Source: Alphaproteobacteria bacterium
GTDB taxonomy: Bacteria > Pseudomonadota > Alphaproteobacteria > CBDBCS01
Reading direction: 5' to 3'
Assembly: GCA_965203415.1 (NCBI GenBank)
Contig: CBDBCS010000006.1
Location: 67,942 to 131,941, forward strand
Length of the DNA stretch: 64,000 nt
Below, in pieces: positions 9,338 through 18,680 of this stretch; the first letter of the stretch is position 1, and each line of letters starts with the position of its first letter. A model generated the notes under the pieces. The model worked only from the letters and a program-made list of their open reading frames with translations. It had not been told where the DNA came from and made no database searches. A program made the translations under genes and the position numbers.

Positions 9338-10537
9338 ATGTCCCCACGTCTTTTTCAAGAAATTTTGTCGCGTCATTTAGTATCGGACCGGCTCGGTTTT
9401 GTAGTGGACGGGCAGATGCTGGAGGCAGGCCCCCCTGAGACCGGCCATCGCGTCGTCCTCGAAGTCCACCGCAAGCGTCTTTTCGGACGCATTTTACGCC
9501 ACGGGAGTCTGGGACTCGCCGAGGCTTATATGGATGGCGACTATACAATCCAAGAGGGCCATTTATACCTTTTTCTGGAAATTTTGCTGCGCAATCGGCT
9601 TCATCGAGGTCGAAACTTTCCGTGGAGGAGCCACGCCACCGTTCGCTTTTTCATTGCTTGGCAGCGTCTCAGAGAGGCGGCGGCGGGCAAGACGCGAAAC
9701 GTGCGCCATCATTATGACATCGGGAATGACCTGTTCGAGCTTTTTCTAGACAAGTCCCTGACCTATTCCTGTGGCTATGCGCACACCCCCCAAGATGATA
9801 TAGAGACGCTTCAACGCCAAAAAATGGCGCGGATTTGTCGTAAATTACGCCTGAAAGAAGACGAGTCCCTCGTGGATCTTGGCTGCGGCTTTGGCGGTCT
9901 GCTGATCTATGCCGCCAAGACCTACAAAATCACCGGGGTCGGGGCAACGCTGAGTCGCAATCAGGCCGAGAAAGCTCAGCAACGCGTGTTCGAGGCCGGG
10001 TTAGCCGAGAAAATCAAAATTCACGTGGCCGACTATGGGGCCATTGAGGGAAAATTTGATAAATTTGCCAATGTCGGCGTGATGGAGCACATTCCCGATT
10101 CAGAATACAGACATTTTTTCCAACGGGCTCGGGCCTTACTGAAACCCGAGGGGCTTGGCCTTTTGCACACGATTTGCCTCAATCGCAAGCCGCAAGCCGG
10201 GGGCGACCGCGATCTTTTCCTCCAGAAATACATTTTTCCCGGCTATAGTCTGCCGACTCTCTCTGGCATCGCCGGCCATCTAGAGGCCCTCTATATGCCC
10301 ATTCTGGATGTCGAGAACATCGTGCGTCATTATACGCTCACGCTTCTGCGGTGGCACGAGGGCTTCCAGGCGCGCCAGCACGAGTTGGACCCTCAAAAAT
10401 ACGACGACAGGTTCAAGCGCATGTGGAGCTTCTATTTACTAGCCTGCGCAGCCGGCATGAAGCTGGCGGACTTGGCGGTCCTGCAAGTTCTTTTCAACAC
10501 GGATTGTCGGGCCGAGATGCCTCTTCACCGGATCTGA
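9338..10537 (+). CDS. cfa: cyclopropane-fatty-acyl-phospholipid synthase
   Basis: HYDIGNDLFELFLDKSLTYSCGY, SAM motif VDLGCGFGGL, 399 aa. Confidence 0.9.
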   Translation: MSPRLFQEILSRHLVSDRLGFVVDGQMLEAGPPETGHRVVLEVHRKRLFGRILRHGSLGLAEAYMDGDYTIQEGHLYLFLEILLRNRLHRGRNFPWRSHATVRFFIAWQRLREAAAGKTRNVRHHYDIGNDLFELFLDKSLTYSCGYAHTPQDDIETLQRQKMARICRKLRLKEDESLVDLGCGFGGLLIYAAKTYKITGVGATLSRNQAEKAQQRVFEAGLAEKIKIHVADYGAIEGKFDKFANVGVMEHIPDSEYRHFFQRARALLKPEGLGLLHTICLNRKPQAGGDRDLFLQKYIFPGYSLPTLSGIAGHLEALYMPILDVENIVRHYTLTLLRWHEGFQARQHELDPQKYDDRFKRMWSFYLLACAAGMKLADLAVLQVLFNTDCRAEMPLHRI

Positions 10538-10565
10538 GGTCCATGTCAGGATAGGTTTTAGAGCG

Positions 10566-12083
10566 ATGGTCGGTACGTTACGTTTTCCCGAAGAGCCCTT
10601 TGACGTTGTCGTCGTCGGAGCCGGCAATGCCGCCTTATGTGCGGCTTTGGCGGCTCGAGAAGCGGGGGCGGCCTCGGTGGTGGTGCTGGAGCGTGCTCCT
10701 GAAACGCATAACGGTGGCAATAGTCGTTTCACCGCCGGGGCTTTCCGGTGCGTCTATGACGGCGTAGCGGATATTCGCGCGCTCTGTCCCGATTTGAGTG
10801 CAGGGCAACTCGCCACAACGGACTTCGGGGCCTATCGAGAGGCGGATTTTTTCCACGATATGGCCCGCATCACGCAGTTTCGGACGGACCCGGCCTTGAC
10901 CGAGACGCTGGTTACGCAGTCTCGCCCGACGCTGCGCTGGATGCGAGCCCTCGGGATTCGCTTCATGCCGATTTATGGTCGGCAGGCCTTCCGAACCGAG
11001 GACGGACGCTTCCAATTCTGGGGCGGCCTCACCATAGAGGCCTGGGGCGGCGGCCCCGGGCTGGTCGACCGAGAATTGGAACTCGCCCGGGACGCCGGCA
11101 TCCAGATCGTCTTTGAGGCCCGCGCCCGGGAGCTTCTCTTTGATGGCGAGGGCGTCTCGGGGGTACGGCTGCGGGACGGCACGCTGTGCCGGGGGCGGAC
11201 GGTTATTCTAGCCTGCGGCGGCTTCGAGGCCAATAGTGCTTGGCGCGCCCGGTATCTAGGCCCGGCTTGGGATCTCGCCAAGGTCCGGGGGACCTATTGT
11301 AATACGGGCGACGGTCTAGCGATGGCTCTGGCGATCGGAGCGGCCCCCTATGGCCATTGGTCTGGCTGTCACGCGGTGGGGTGGGACTATAACGCCCCAG
11401 AATTCGGCGACCTCGCCATCGGCGACGGCTTTCAGAAGCACTCGTATCCCTGGGGCATTATGGTCAATGCCGAGGGACGGCGCTTCGTCGATGAAGGGGC
11501 CGACTTCCGAAACTACACGTATGCGAAATACGGGCGTCAAATTCTGGCGCAACCCGGTCAATTCGCCTGGCAAATTTTTGACCAGCGCGTCCGCGGTCTT
11601 TTGCGCGACGAGTACCGCACGCCCAAGGTCTCGAAAGTCACGGCCGACAGCCTGCCAGAGCTCGCTTCTAAACTAGAGGGCGTTCAAGCCGAGCCCTTTT
11701 TACAGGAACTAGAGGCCTATAATCGGGCAGTCGACACGGGCCGTCCCTTCAAACCGACCGTTTTGGACGGCAGAGCGACCCACGGTCTGAAAGTCCCGAA
11801 GTCTAATTGGGCCAATCCTCTTGACACGCCGCCGTTCGAGGCTTATCACGTGGGGTGCGGCATCACCTTCACTTTTGGCGGTTTGCGCATCAACCCAGAG
11901 ACCAGCCAGGTGATAGACAGCGACCTAGAGCCTATCTCGGGCCTCTATGCTGCCGGAGAAATCGTCGGCGGTCTCTTTTATATGAATTATCCGGGCGGGA
12001 CTGGTTTGATGTCGGGGTCTGTTTTCGGCCGGCAGGCCGGCATTCACGCCGCGAAAGAAGCCTCCAGACAGGCGAGAAAATAG
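10566..12083 (+). CDS. FAD-dependent oxidoreductase, TcuA / fumarate-reductase-flavoprotein-like
   Basis: FDVVVVGAGNAALCAALAAREAGA...GGNSRFTAGAFR N-terminus and C-terminal GLYAAGEIVGG FAD motif. Confidence 0.75.
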   Translation: MVGTLRFPEEPFDVVVVGAGNAALCAALAAREAGAASVVVLERAPETHNGGNSRFTAGAFRCVYDGVADIRALCPDLSAGQLATTDFGAYREADFFHDMARITQFRTDPALTETLVTQSRPTLRWMRALGIRFMPIYGRQAFRTEDGRFQFWGGLTIEAWGGGPGLVDRELELARDAGIQIVFEARARELLFDGEGVSGVRLRDGTLCRGRTVILACGGFEANSAWRARYLGPAWDLAKVRGTYCNTGDGLAMALAIGAAPYGHWSGCHAVGWDYNAPEFGDLAIGDGFQKHSYPWGIMVNAEGRRFVDEGADFRNYTYAKYGRQILAQPGQFAWQIFDQRVRGLLRDEYRTPKVSKVTADSLPELASKLEGVQAEPFLQELEAYNRAVDTGRPFKPTVLDGRATHGLKVPKSNWANPLDTPPFEAYHVGCGITFTFGGLRINPETSQVIDSDLEPISGLYAAGEIVGGLFYMNYPGGTGLMSGSVFGRQAGIHAAKEASRQARK

Positions 12084-13210
12084 TCCAGTTCCGCCGCGTT
12101 ATTCCGCGGCCCCAGGCTCACGCGGAGCATCCGGCGCGCGGCCGTGGCGTCATAGCCGCACGCTCGTAGCGTCGGAGAACCCCGAAGAGCCCCCGAAGCA
12201 CAGGCCGTCCCGCTAGAGACGGCGATGCCTGCCAGATCTAGCCGCACCAGAAGAGCCTGCACATCCGGAACGGCTCGAGCGTCCTGGAACAGCAGGCACG
12301 TACTATTGCTCAGACGCGGGACATGCTGGCCGATGACTTGAATGCCGGGCGGTAATTTTTTTTCCAGCTCGTCGCGGAGCTCCTGCGTTCCACGCCAGTC
12401 ATACGGGTTTTGAGTCGCAAGCCCCAGACTATGGATTGCCAGAACGTTTTCGGTACCGGGTCTGTAAGCGTTCTCCTGCCCGCCGCCGTAAAGCAGAGGC
12501 TTTATATGGAAGGCGCCTGTCCGCCAGACCAGGCCTCCGACGCCCGGCAGAGCCCCGATTTTATGGCCCGAGAAACTCAGTAAATCCCACGGGATATCGG
12601 CGAGGGGCTCATCCGCTTTGCCGCCGAAAGCCTGCGTCGCATCACAATGCAGCCAGACCGGAAAAGAGGCTTTGTCCAGCGTGGCCCGAATCTCGGAAAG
12701 CGGCTGGAGAACGCCTGTCTCGCTATTGGCAAGCTGGATCGAGACAAGACACGGCGTCGAATCCGAGGCCAGAAGAACCGCAAGCTCTGAAAGAAGCACG
12801 CGGCCATCTGAATCCGTAGGCACAGAAACACAGGCGAGACCTCGCGCCGCGCCATAGACTCGGGCGGCCTCCAGAACAGAGGGATGCTCTGTCGCGGCAA
12901 CCAGAAAACGCAAGCCGGCAGCACAGGCGGCGGAACCGCCGCTCGAGCCCGACGTCTCGAAGCCTGAGAATAGCAAGTTGTGCGCCTCGGTTGCGCTGCT
13001 TGTCCAGACGAGCTCATCTGCCTGCAGGTCCTGTTTGAGCCACGCTCGCACCTGTTCGAGACGCGCGCGCTGTTTCTGGCCCGGCCGGTGCACCGAAGAG
13101 CCATTCCCTAAAAAAGAGTCCGCCTCCAGCGTATGGAGCAATGCGACGACCTCCTCCGTCAGCGGAGCCGTCGCGTTCCAGTCAAAATACACAAGCGGAG
13201 AACTCAACAT
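12044..13210 (-). CDS. cysteine desulfurase (class V aminotransferase, NifS/IscS-like)
   Basis: ORF 12044..13315. Start moved to ATG at 13210 (MLSSPLVYFDWNATAP...), the start conserved in all repeat copies. PLP-Lys motif SFSGHKIGALPGVGGL and catalytic Cys loop SSGTACASG. Confidence 0.88.
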   Translation of the reverse strand: MLSSPLVYFDWNATAPLTEEVVALLHTLEADSFLGNGSSVHRPGQKQRARLEQVRAWLKQDLQADELVWTSSATEAHNLLFSGFETSGSSGGSAACAAGLRFLVAATEHPSVLEAARVYGAARGLACVSVPTDSDGRVLLSELAVLLASDSTPCLVSIQLANSETGVLQPLSEIRATLDKASFPVWLHCDATQAFGGKADEPLADIPWDLLSFSGHKIGALPGVGGLVWRTGAFHIKPLLYGGGQENAYRPGTENVLAIHSLGLATQNPYDWRGTQELRDELEKKLPPGIQVIGQHVPRLSNSTCLLFQDARAVPDVQALLVRLDLAGIAVSSGTACASGALRGSPTLRACGYDATAARRMLRVSLGPRNNAAELDYFLACLEASFAA

Positions 13211-13286
13211 CCGTCTTCCATGAAAACCCCGGATAACAAACTGGGGCGCATGCCGTGAGGACCCGCGCCTCGGGCAGTTTCTCGAG

Positions 13287-13315
13287 CAGTTAGGCCGGAG
13301 GAAACTCGGCGTCAA
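13287..13315 (-). promoter_or_regulatory. putative desulfurase promoter TTGACG-17-TAACTG (minus strand)
   Basis: Reverse complement agaTTGACGccgagtttcctccggccTAACTGctc. Sits back-to-back with the plus-strand promoter at 13344. Confidence 0.35.
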
Positions 13316-13597
13316 TCTAGCACGAATTTTTATTTTCCGCCTCTTGACGAGACGCCTTTAACGCGATAGGCTCCTTTTTGCGTGCCGCCTCTCCCGTCTC
13401 CCGTCGGGGCAGGAGGAAGGCGTCGGGAAAACATACCGGGAAAACATACCGGGAGAACACACCGGGCTAGGGCCAAAATAGGAGCCAGAGTCACAAGACC
13501 GTGGTGAAAGCATCGTGAAGCTGAAGAGCCGTGGGCCGTACACGCGTCTCGCTCCGGGGACGCGGTGCACCCGTTGAGACCGATCAGCCTGTGCACT

Positions 13598-13858
13598 CGA
13601 CGTCTCGAAGCCTGAAAAGAGCAAGTTGTGAGCCTCGGTTGCGCTGCTTGTCCAGACGAGCTCATCTGCCTGCAGGTCCTGTTTGAGCCACGCTCGCACC
13701 TGTTCGAGACGCGCGCGCTGTTTCTGGCCTGGCCGGTGCACCGAAGAGCCATTCCCTAAAAAAGAGTCCGCCTCCAGCGTATGGAGAAACGCGATGACCT
13801 CCTCCGTCAGCGGAGCCGTCGCATTCCAGTCAAAATACACAAGCGGAGGACTCAACAT
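13598..13858 (-). pseudogene. truncated 5' copy of the cysteine desulfurase gene (87 codons)
   Basis: Part of ORF 13358..13972: MLSPPLVYFDWNATAPLTEEVIAFLHTLEADSFLGNGSSVHRPGQKQRARLEQVRAWLKQDLQADELVWTSSATEAHNLLFSGFETS, then unrelated sequence. Confidence 0.85.
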
Positions 13859-14838
13859 CCGTCTTCCGTGAGAACCCGGAAAAACGCTGGCCTGGTTGAA
13901 AAAGCGCACATAAAGTCTTAAAGCTTGAGGGCTCGGGCGAACGGATGCGCCCTCACACGGAGAGACCCCCATGCATGCCGTGCTCGGGCGCGCCTTCCGT
14001 GAGGATTCCCACCCGGGTCGTCCCCGGGGCCTCTCGGGCCTCCCGGGCGGTCCGGAAAGAGCCCCGGCAGTCCGGCAGCCACGAGTCTATAGCTGGCATA
14101 CCCGTGTTCTCGATGGGTTCTTTTTTCGTGATGTAACCGCGACTGGGGGTCGGCGTACCGTACCAGATTGGGAGGCGAGACGGACAACTTCGTGCCGCCT
14201 CTTTCCCTACACCTGCTGTGCCGGCAGGGGGAGTATGGGGCTATAAAAGGCACGCTTGTAGAGCCTCCATGGGCTTTCCGGGTCATCATAGCGGTTCAAG
14301 GACACAAAAACAAGCGGTCGACCCAAGCTTCGAAAGCTGTACCCAAGCTTTTAAAGCCTTGCGAAAGTCGTGTTTGTACATATATAGATCGTCGCTCTTG
14401 GTAAACAGCGAAAAAAGACGGCACCCGTGGCGAAGCATGGCCTCATCAGCGGCCTCTTTTCGAGGGCCGCCACCACAGCCTCGGCCGTCGGCTGCCAGCG
14501 GGTCCAAAACTCGGCAACATTGGCGATCGACTGGAGCCTGGCAAGGGCTCCGAGCCTCTTGTTTTCTGCAGTCTGGGCAAAATATTGGAACACAGGGTAG
14601 GTTTCTTGCGCAAGCGTCGGCGGCAGCCGTTCTTCAGCACGCATCTTCTAGCCTCGTCGCCCAGCCCTTTTTCACGCGCCTTGGACGTTGTGAGAGAAAG
14701 CCTCGGCGTTCATGTTGAGCATGCTAGCACAAAACAAGACCGTGGTGAAAGCACCGTGAAGATGAAGAGCCGTGGGCCTTACACGCGTCTCGCTCCGGGG
14801 ACGCGGTGCACCCGTTGAGACCGGTCAGCCTGTGCACT

Positions 14839-15099
14839 CGACGTCTCGAAGCCTGAAAATAGTAAGTTGTGAGCCTCGGTTGCGCTGCTTGTCCAGACGA
14901 GCTCATCTGCCTGCAGGTCCTGTTTGAGCCACACTCGCACCTCTTCGAGACGCGCGCGCTGTTTCTGGCCCGGCCTGTGCACCGAAGAGCCATTCTCTAA
15001 AAAAGAGTCCGCCTCCAGTGTACGGAGCAACGCGACGACCTCCTCCGTCAGAGGAGCCGTCGCATTCCAGTCAAAATAAACAAGCGGAGCACTCAACAT
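14839..15099 (-). pseudogene. truncated 5' copy of the cysteine desulfurase gene (87 codons)
   Basis: ORF 14779..15099 starts MLSAPLVYFDWNATAPLTEEVVALLRTLEADSFLENGSS... and diverges after ...FSGFETS. Confidence 0.85.
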
Positions 15100-15460
15100 C
15101 CGTCTTCCGTGAAAACCCGGAGAATAAACTGGGGGCGCATGCCGCGAGGACCCGAGCCTCGGGCGGTTCTTCGGGAAGTTAGGCCGGAGGCGGCTCGGCG
15201 TCAGTTTAGCATGAATTTTTATTTTCTGCCTCTTGACGAGACACCTTTAACGCGATAGGCTCCCTTTTGCGTGCCGCCTCTCCCGTCTCCCGTCGGGGCA
15301 GGAGGAAGGCGTCGGGAGAACACACCGGGCTAGGGCCAAAATAGGAGCCAGAGTCACAAGACCGTGGTGAAAACATCGTGAAGCTCAAGAGCCGTGGGCC
15401 GTACACGCGTCTCGCTCCGGGAACGCGGTGCACCCGTTGAGACCGGTCAGCCTGTGCACT

Positions 15461-15721
15461 CGACGTCTCGAAGCATGAAAATAGTAAGTTGTGAGCCTCG
15501 GTTGCGCTGCTTGTCCAGACGAGCTCATCTGCCTGCAGGTCCTGTTTGAGCCACGCTCGCACCTGTTCGAGACGCGCGCGCTGTTTCTGGCCCGGCCTGT
15601 GCACCGAAGAGCCATTCTCTAAAAAAGAGTCCGCCTCCAGTGTACGGAGCAACGCGACGACCTCCTCCGTCAGAGGAGCCGTCGCATTCCAGTCAAAATA
15701 AACAAGCGGAGCACTCAACAT
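15461..15721 (-). pseudogene. truncated 5' copy of the cysteine desulfurase gene (87 codons)
   Basis: ORF 15206..15721, same N-terminal 87 residues, then read-through into repeat sequence. Confidence 0.85.
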
Positions 15722-15854
15722 CCATCTTCCATGAGAACCCCGGATAACAAACTGGGGCGCATGCCGCGAGGACCCGAGCCTCGGGCGGTTCTTCGGGAAG
15801 TTAGGCCGGAGGCGGCTCGGCGTCAGTTTAGCATGAATTTTTATTTTCTGCCTC

Positions 15855-15883
15855 TTGACAAGACGCTTCTAACACGATAGGCT
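15855..15883 (+). promoter_or_regulatory. putative acyl-CoA ligase promoter TTGACA-17-TAGGCT (gene-proximal copy)
   Basis: Copies with TTGACG occur at 13344-13372 and 15233-15261 in the upstream repeat units. Confidence 0.4.
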
Positions 15884-16029
15884 CCCTTTTGCGTGCCGCC
15901 TCTCCCGTCGGGGCGGGAGGCAGGCACCGGAAACACACCGGGGAAACACACTGGGGAAACACACCGGAAACACACACCGGGCTAGGGCCAAAACAGGAGC
16001 CAGCGTAACAAGACCGTGATAGAAGCACC

Positions 16030-17910
16030 GTGAAGCTCAAGAGCCGTGGGCCGTACACGCGTCTCGCTGTCGAGACGGCGGAGTCTCTGCCGGGCCTTTT
16101 TTTCACCCAGGCGACGCTTTTAGCGGATAGGCCTCTGTTTTACGCCTGGAAAGGGCCGGAGGCTTCGCGCGAGGCGGCCGCCTCGACCGCCTGGGTCTCG
16201 ACGAGCTGGCGGGACGCGGCGCGCAAAGTCCTGCATCTGGCGGCCCTGTTCCAGAGTCGCGGGCTTCAACCAGGTGCCCGAGTCTGTCTTTTAGCCGAAA
16301 ATTGCCCCGAATGGGGGATTGCTCATTTAGCCATTATGACGGCGGGCGGTTTATCGGTACCGCTCTATACGACGAACACGCCCGAGTCCCATCGGCATAT
16401 TATATCGGACAGCGGGGCTCGAGTTGCGGTTATCTCGGCGAGTCTGCTTGTTCCGTCTCTTCTTGAAACACTTGCGGGGCATCTGGATTGGATCCTGGTT
16501 CTGGGACCAGAGCAGGCCTCCGCCGCTAGCCGGCAAAAGAGCACCTCTCTGCCGCTTATTTTCCGCAATCTGGCGGAGGAAACCGACCCGCCCGAACCGC
16601 CGGCGGAACAGCGGCGCCATTTTATGAAAACCCTGTCGGATGTCAATAGAGACGATACGGCTGTTCTGATTTATACCTCTGGCACGTCGGGGGAGCCTCG
16701 GGGCGTCATGCTCAGCCACGAGAATATCTTATCCAATATGCGGTCGGCTTTGCCGATTTTACGGAGCCTCCGAGGCTTTGACATCGGCAGCGAGCGTTTT
16801 TTGTCTTTTTTGCCTCTCAGTCACGCCTATGAGCACATGGCGGGTTTTTTTCTACCGCTCGCCATCGGCGCGCGGGTCTGGTACTGTCCTGCCCTAGAGT
16901 ACCTGATAGAGCTCATTCCTCAGGTTCGTCCGACGATTATGACGGCCGTCCCGCGTCTTTATGAGATTTTATACGACCGCATCCACCGGAATCTGGCGAA
17001 GAGCTCGCCGCGTCAACGCCGTCTGTTCGAGGCAACCCGGGCGGTGGGGCATAAACGCCTTCATGGACAGAGCCTCTCTTTGGGAGACTTCTTGTTCGAC
17101 AAGAGCCTAGGCTCTGTCGTTCGGCGCAAGGTGGCACGGCGGTTTGGCGGAGAATTGCGAGGCTTTATCAGCGGTGGGGCGCCTCTTCACCCTGTTATCG
17201 GCGATTTTTTCCTGAGCATGGGGGTTTTGATACTCCAGGGCTATGGCCTGACCGAGACGTCGCCGGTTGTCTCGGTCAATCTTCCTCAGAACCCGTTGAG
17301 TGCGACCGTCGGGCCGCCTCTGGCGGGCACGGAGGTGAAAATCGCCTCGGACGGCGAAATTCTGGTCCGAGGCCCCTGCGTCATGAAAGGCTATTGGGGA
17401 CAGAGCGACGCGACCCAACGCGTCCTCTTGCCGGAGGGTTGGCTGGCGACGGGCGATTGCGGCGTTTTGACACCGGAGGGGCATCTCCAAATCATTGACC
17501 GCAAGAAGGATATTTTTGTCACGTCGGGAGGCGATACGATCGCGCCTCAAAAAATGGAGGGGCTGTTGAATCTGCAGCCCGAAATCGCCCAGGCTCTGGT
17601 TGTAGGCGATGGACGGGCGCATCTTGGGGCTCTTATTTATGGAGCCGACGATGACAATGACACCGGCGACACTGGCGACACCGGCAATGACACCGGTGCC
17701 AGCCCATCCGTCAAGGAAAAACGGGCGCGCATCGCCCGAGCCCTCGAGCGCGTCAATGCAGAGCTCGCCCCTGCAGAGCGTCTCCGGCGGTTCCACGTGC
17801 TGGAAGAGGCCTTTTCTATCGAGAACGGTCTTTTGACACCGTCTCTTAAACCCCGGCGCGCTCGTATTGTCGCGCGCTATCGCGCCGAGATCGAGGCTCT
17901 ATACACCTAA
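16030..17910 (+). CDS. long-chain fatty-acid--CoA ligase (AMP-dependent synthetase/ligase)
   Basis: AMP-binding motif LIYTSGTSGEPRGVMLSH, plus GYGLTETS and TGDCGVLTPEGHLQIIDRKKD. GTG start. In-frame DTGDTGDTGNDTG repeat insertion near the C-terminus. Confidence 0.88.
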   Translation: MKLKSRGPYTRLAVETAESLPGLFFTQATLLADRPLFYAWKGPEASREAAASTAWVSTSWRDAARKVLHLAALFQSRGLQPGARVCLLAENCPEWGIAHLAIMTAGGLSVPLYTTNTPESHRHIISDSGARVAVISASLLVPSLLETLAGHLDWILVLGPEQASAASRQKSTSLPLIFRNLAEETDPPEPPAEQRRHFMKTLSDVNRDDTAVLIYTSGTSGEPRGVMLSHENILSNMRSALPILRSLRGFDIGSERFLSFLPLSHAYEHMAGFFLPLAIGARVWYCPALEYLIELIPQVRPTIMTAVPRLYEILYDRIHRNLAKSSPRQRRLFEATRAVGHKRLHGQSLSLGDFLFDKSLGSVVRRKVARRFGGELRGFISGGAPLHPVIGDFFLSMGVLILQGYGLTETSPVVSVNLPQNPLSATVGPPLAGTEVKIASDGEILVRGPCVMKGYWGQSDATQRVLLPEGWLATGDCGVLTPEGHLQIIDRKKDIFVTSGGDTIAPQKMEGLLNLQPEIAQALVVGDGRAHLGALIYGADDDNDTGDTGDTGNDTGASPSVKEKRARIARALERVNAELAPAERLRRFHVLEEAFSIENGLLTPSLKPRRARIVARYRAEIEALYT

Positions 17911-17984
17911 CGGGAAACCTAACGGGCTCGAGAGACGGCGAATTGCGTGCCTCGCCCGGTGTTTTTTGTGTTTTTTCTGTATGT

Positions 17985-18085
17985 GTATAAAGGTATGTGT
18001 ATAAGTGTATGTTTATACAAGCGTATGTGTATAAGTGTGTGTTTATAAATGTATGTTTATAGAAGTGTATGTGTGTAAGTGTATC
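17985..18085. repeat. degenerate AT-rich GTATGTGTATAAR-type short tandem repeats
   Basis: gtatgtgtataaaggtatgtgtataagtgtatgtttatacaagcgtatgtgtataagtgtgtgtttataaatgtatgtttatagaagtgtatgtgtgtaagtgtat. Confidence 0.8.
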
Positions 18086-18088
18086 TAG

Positions 18089-18379
18089 ATGGAGAACGCC
18101 ATGACCTCAAAAAACGAGACGCCCAACAAAAAAACCCCCAAGACACCCAAGGAGAAACAAGACGCCTTAGAGGCCGAGGCTCGGAACACGCTCGCCCGCA
18201 TGGAACGCGAGAGCGACATGTTCGGCGGCCGGAACACTGGTTTTTTTCTTTTCAGAACACGCGAGGGTGTCTCGAAGCGCATGCGTCTCGCCATTGGGAT
18301 TGCCAGAGTTCTGGTGTTCGGAGGGGCTCTTCTTTATCTTATATCCCTTTTGGCGAGCGGCAGCGGCGGGGCGAGCTAG
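18089..18379 (+). CDS. hypothetical small protein with basic N-terminus and one C-terminal TM helix
   Basis: ORF 18089..18379 (...MRLAIGIARVLVFGGALLYLISLLASGSGGAS). No family recognised. Coding status uncertain. Confidence 0.3.
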   Translation: MENAMTSKNETPNKKTPKTPKEKQDALEAEARNTLARMERESDMFGGRNTGFFLFRTREGVSKRMRLAIGIARVLVFGGALLYLISLLASGSGGAS

Positions 18380-18680
18380 CCCAGAGCCGCAGCCGGAACC
18401 GGACTTTCCGACCGAACCCCGCCGGTCGGTGGGGCTGGACTGCCGGTGCCGGATCACCGGTGCCGGATCTCGAACCTTCGGGCGGGGCCTTTCCGGTTGG
18501 CGGGCGGGAGCAGCGGCGGGGCGAACTAGACCCGGGGGCCTTTCGACCGGGCCCGTCGGGCTGAACCGCCGACCGAACCGACCGGACCCCCCTGGCAGGT
18601 GCCGGATCACCGGTGCCGGACTGCCGGGGCCGGATCTGTAATCTCCGGGTTTACCCTTCGGGCCAGGCCTTTTTCCGGAT
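18355..18680. repeat. ~150-bp x2 diverged tandem duplication starting with the last codons + stop of ORF 18089..18379
   Basis: cagcggcggggcgagctag at 18361 and cagcggcggggcgaactag at 18511. Both units contain gccggtgccggatcaccggtgccgga. Confidence 0.7.

Larger units (their letters stand above)
12950..16068. repeat. 4-copy tandem array of [desulfurase 5' 87 codons + divergent intergenic region + ligase 5' 13 codons]
   Basis: Desulfurase start codons at 13210, 13858, 15099, 15721. Ligase GTGAAG(C/A)T(C/G)AAGAGCCGTGGGCC at 13515, 14756, 15378, 16030. Periods about 648/1241/622/652 bp. Copies differ by point changes. Confidence 0.9.

Noticed and set aside
13211-13315. N-terminal extension of the desulfurase ORF (track start 13315), and similar long 5' extensions (tauA 31062, tauB 32460, folB 48977, flaG-like 38685, VOC 47239/47871, xerC 46591)
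   Set aside because: Internal starts give canonical N-termini, have RBS-like sequences and/or are the starts conserved in repeat copies. The extensions are Arg/Pro/Cys-rich and overlap neighbouring genes or promoters.
12950-16068. Desulfurase fragments or VOC copies as template/variable repeats of a diversity-generating retroelement
   Set aside because: No reverse transcriptase or accessory gene is in the window. The copies are 5' stubs including promoters rather than 3' variable regions. I saw no obvious adenine-specific substitution pattern, though this was not formally counted.
17923-17967. Intrinsic terminator after the acyl-CoA ligase (cgggctcgag...cctcgcccg + TTTTTT)
   Set aside because: The stem needs a 2-nt bulge and an 18-nt loop, with only 5+3 bp. 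That is too weak to annotate, although the T-run is suggestive.
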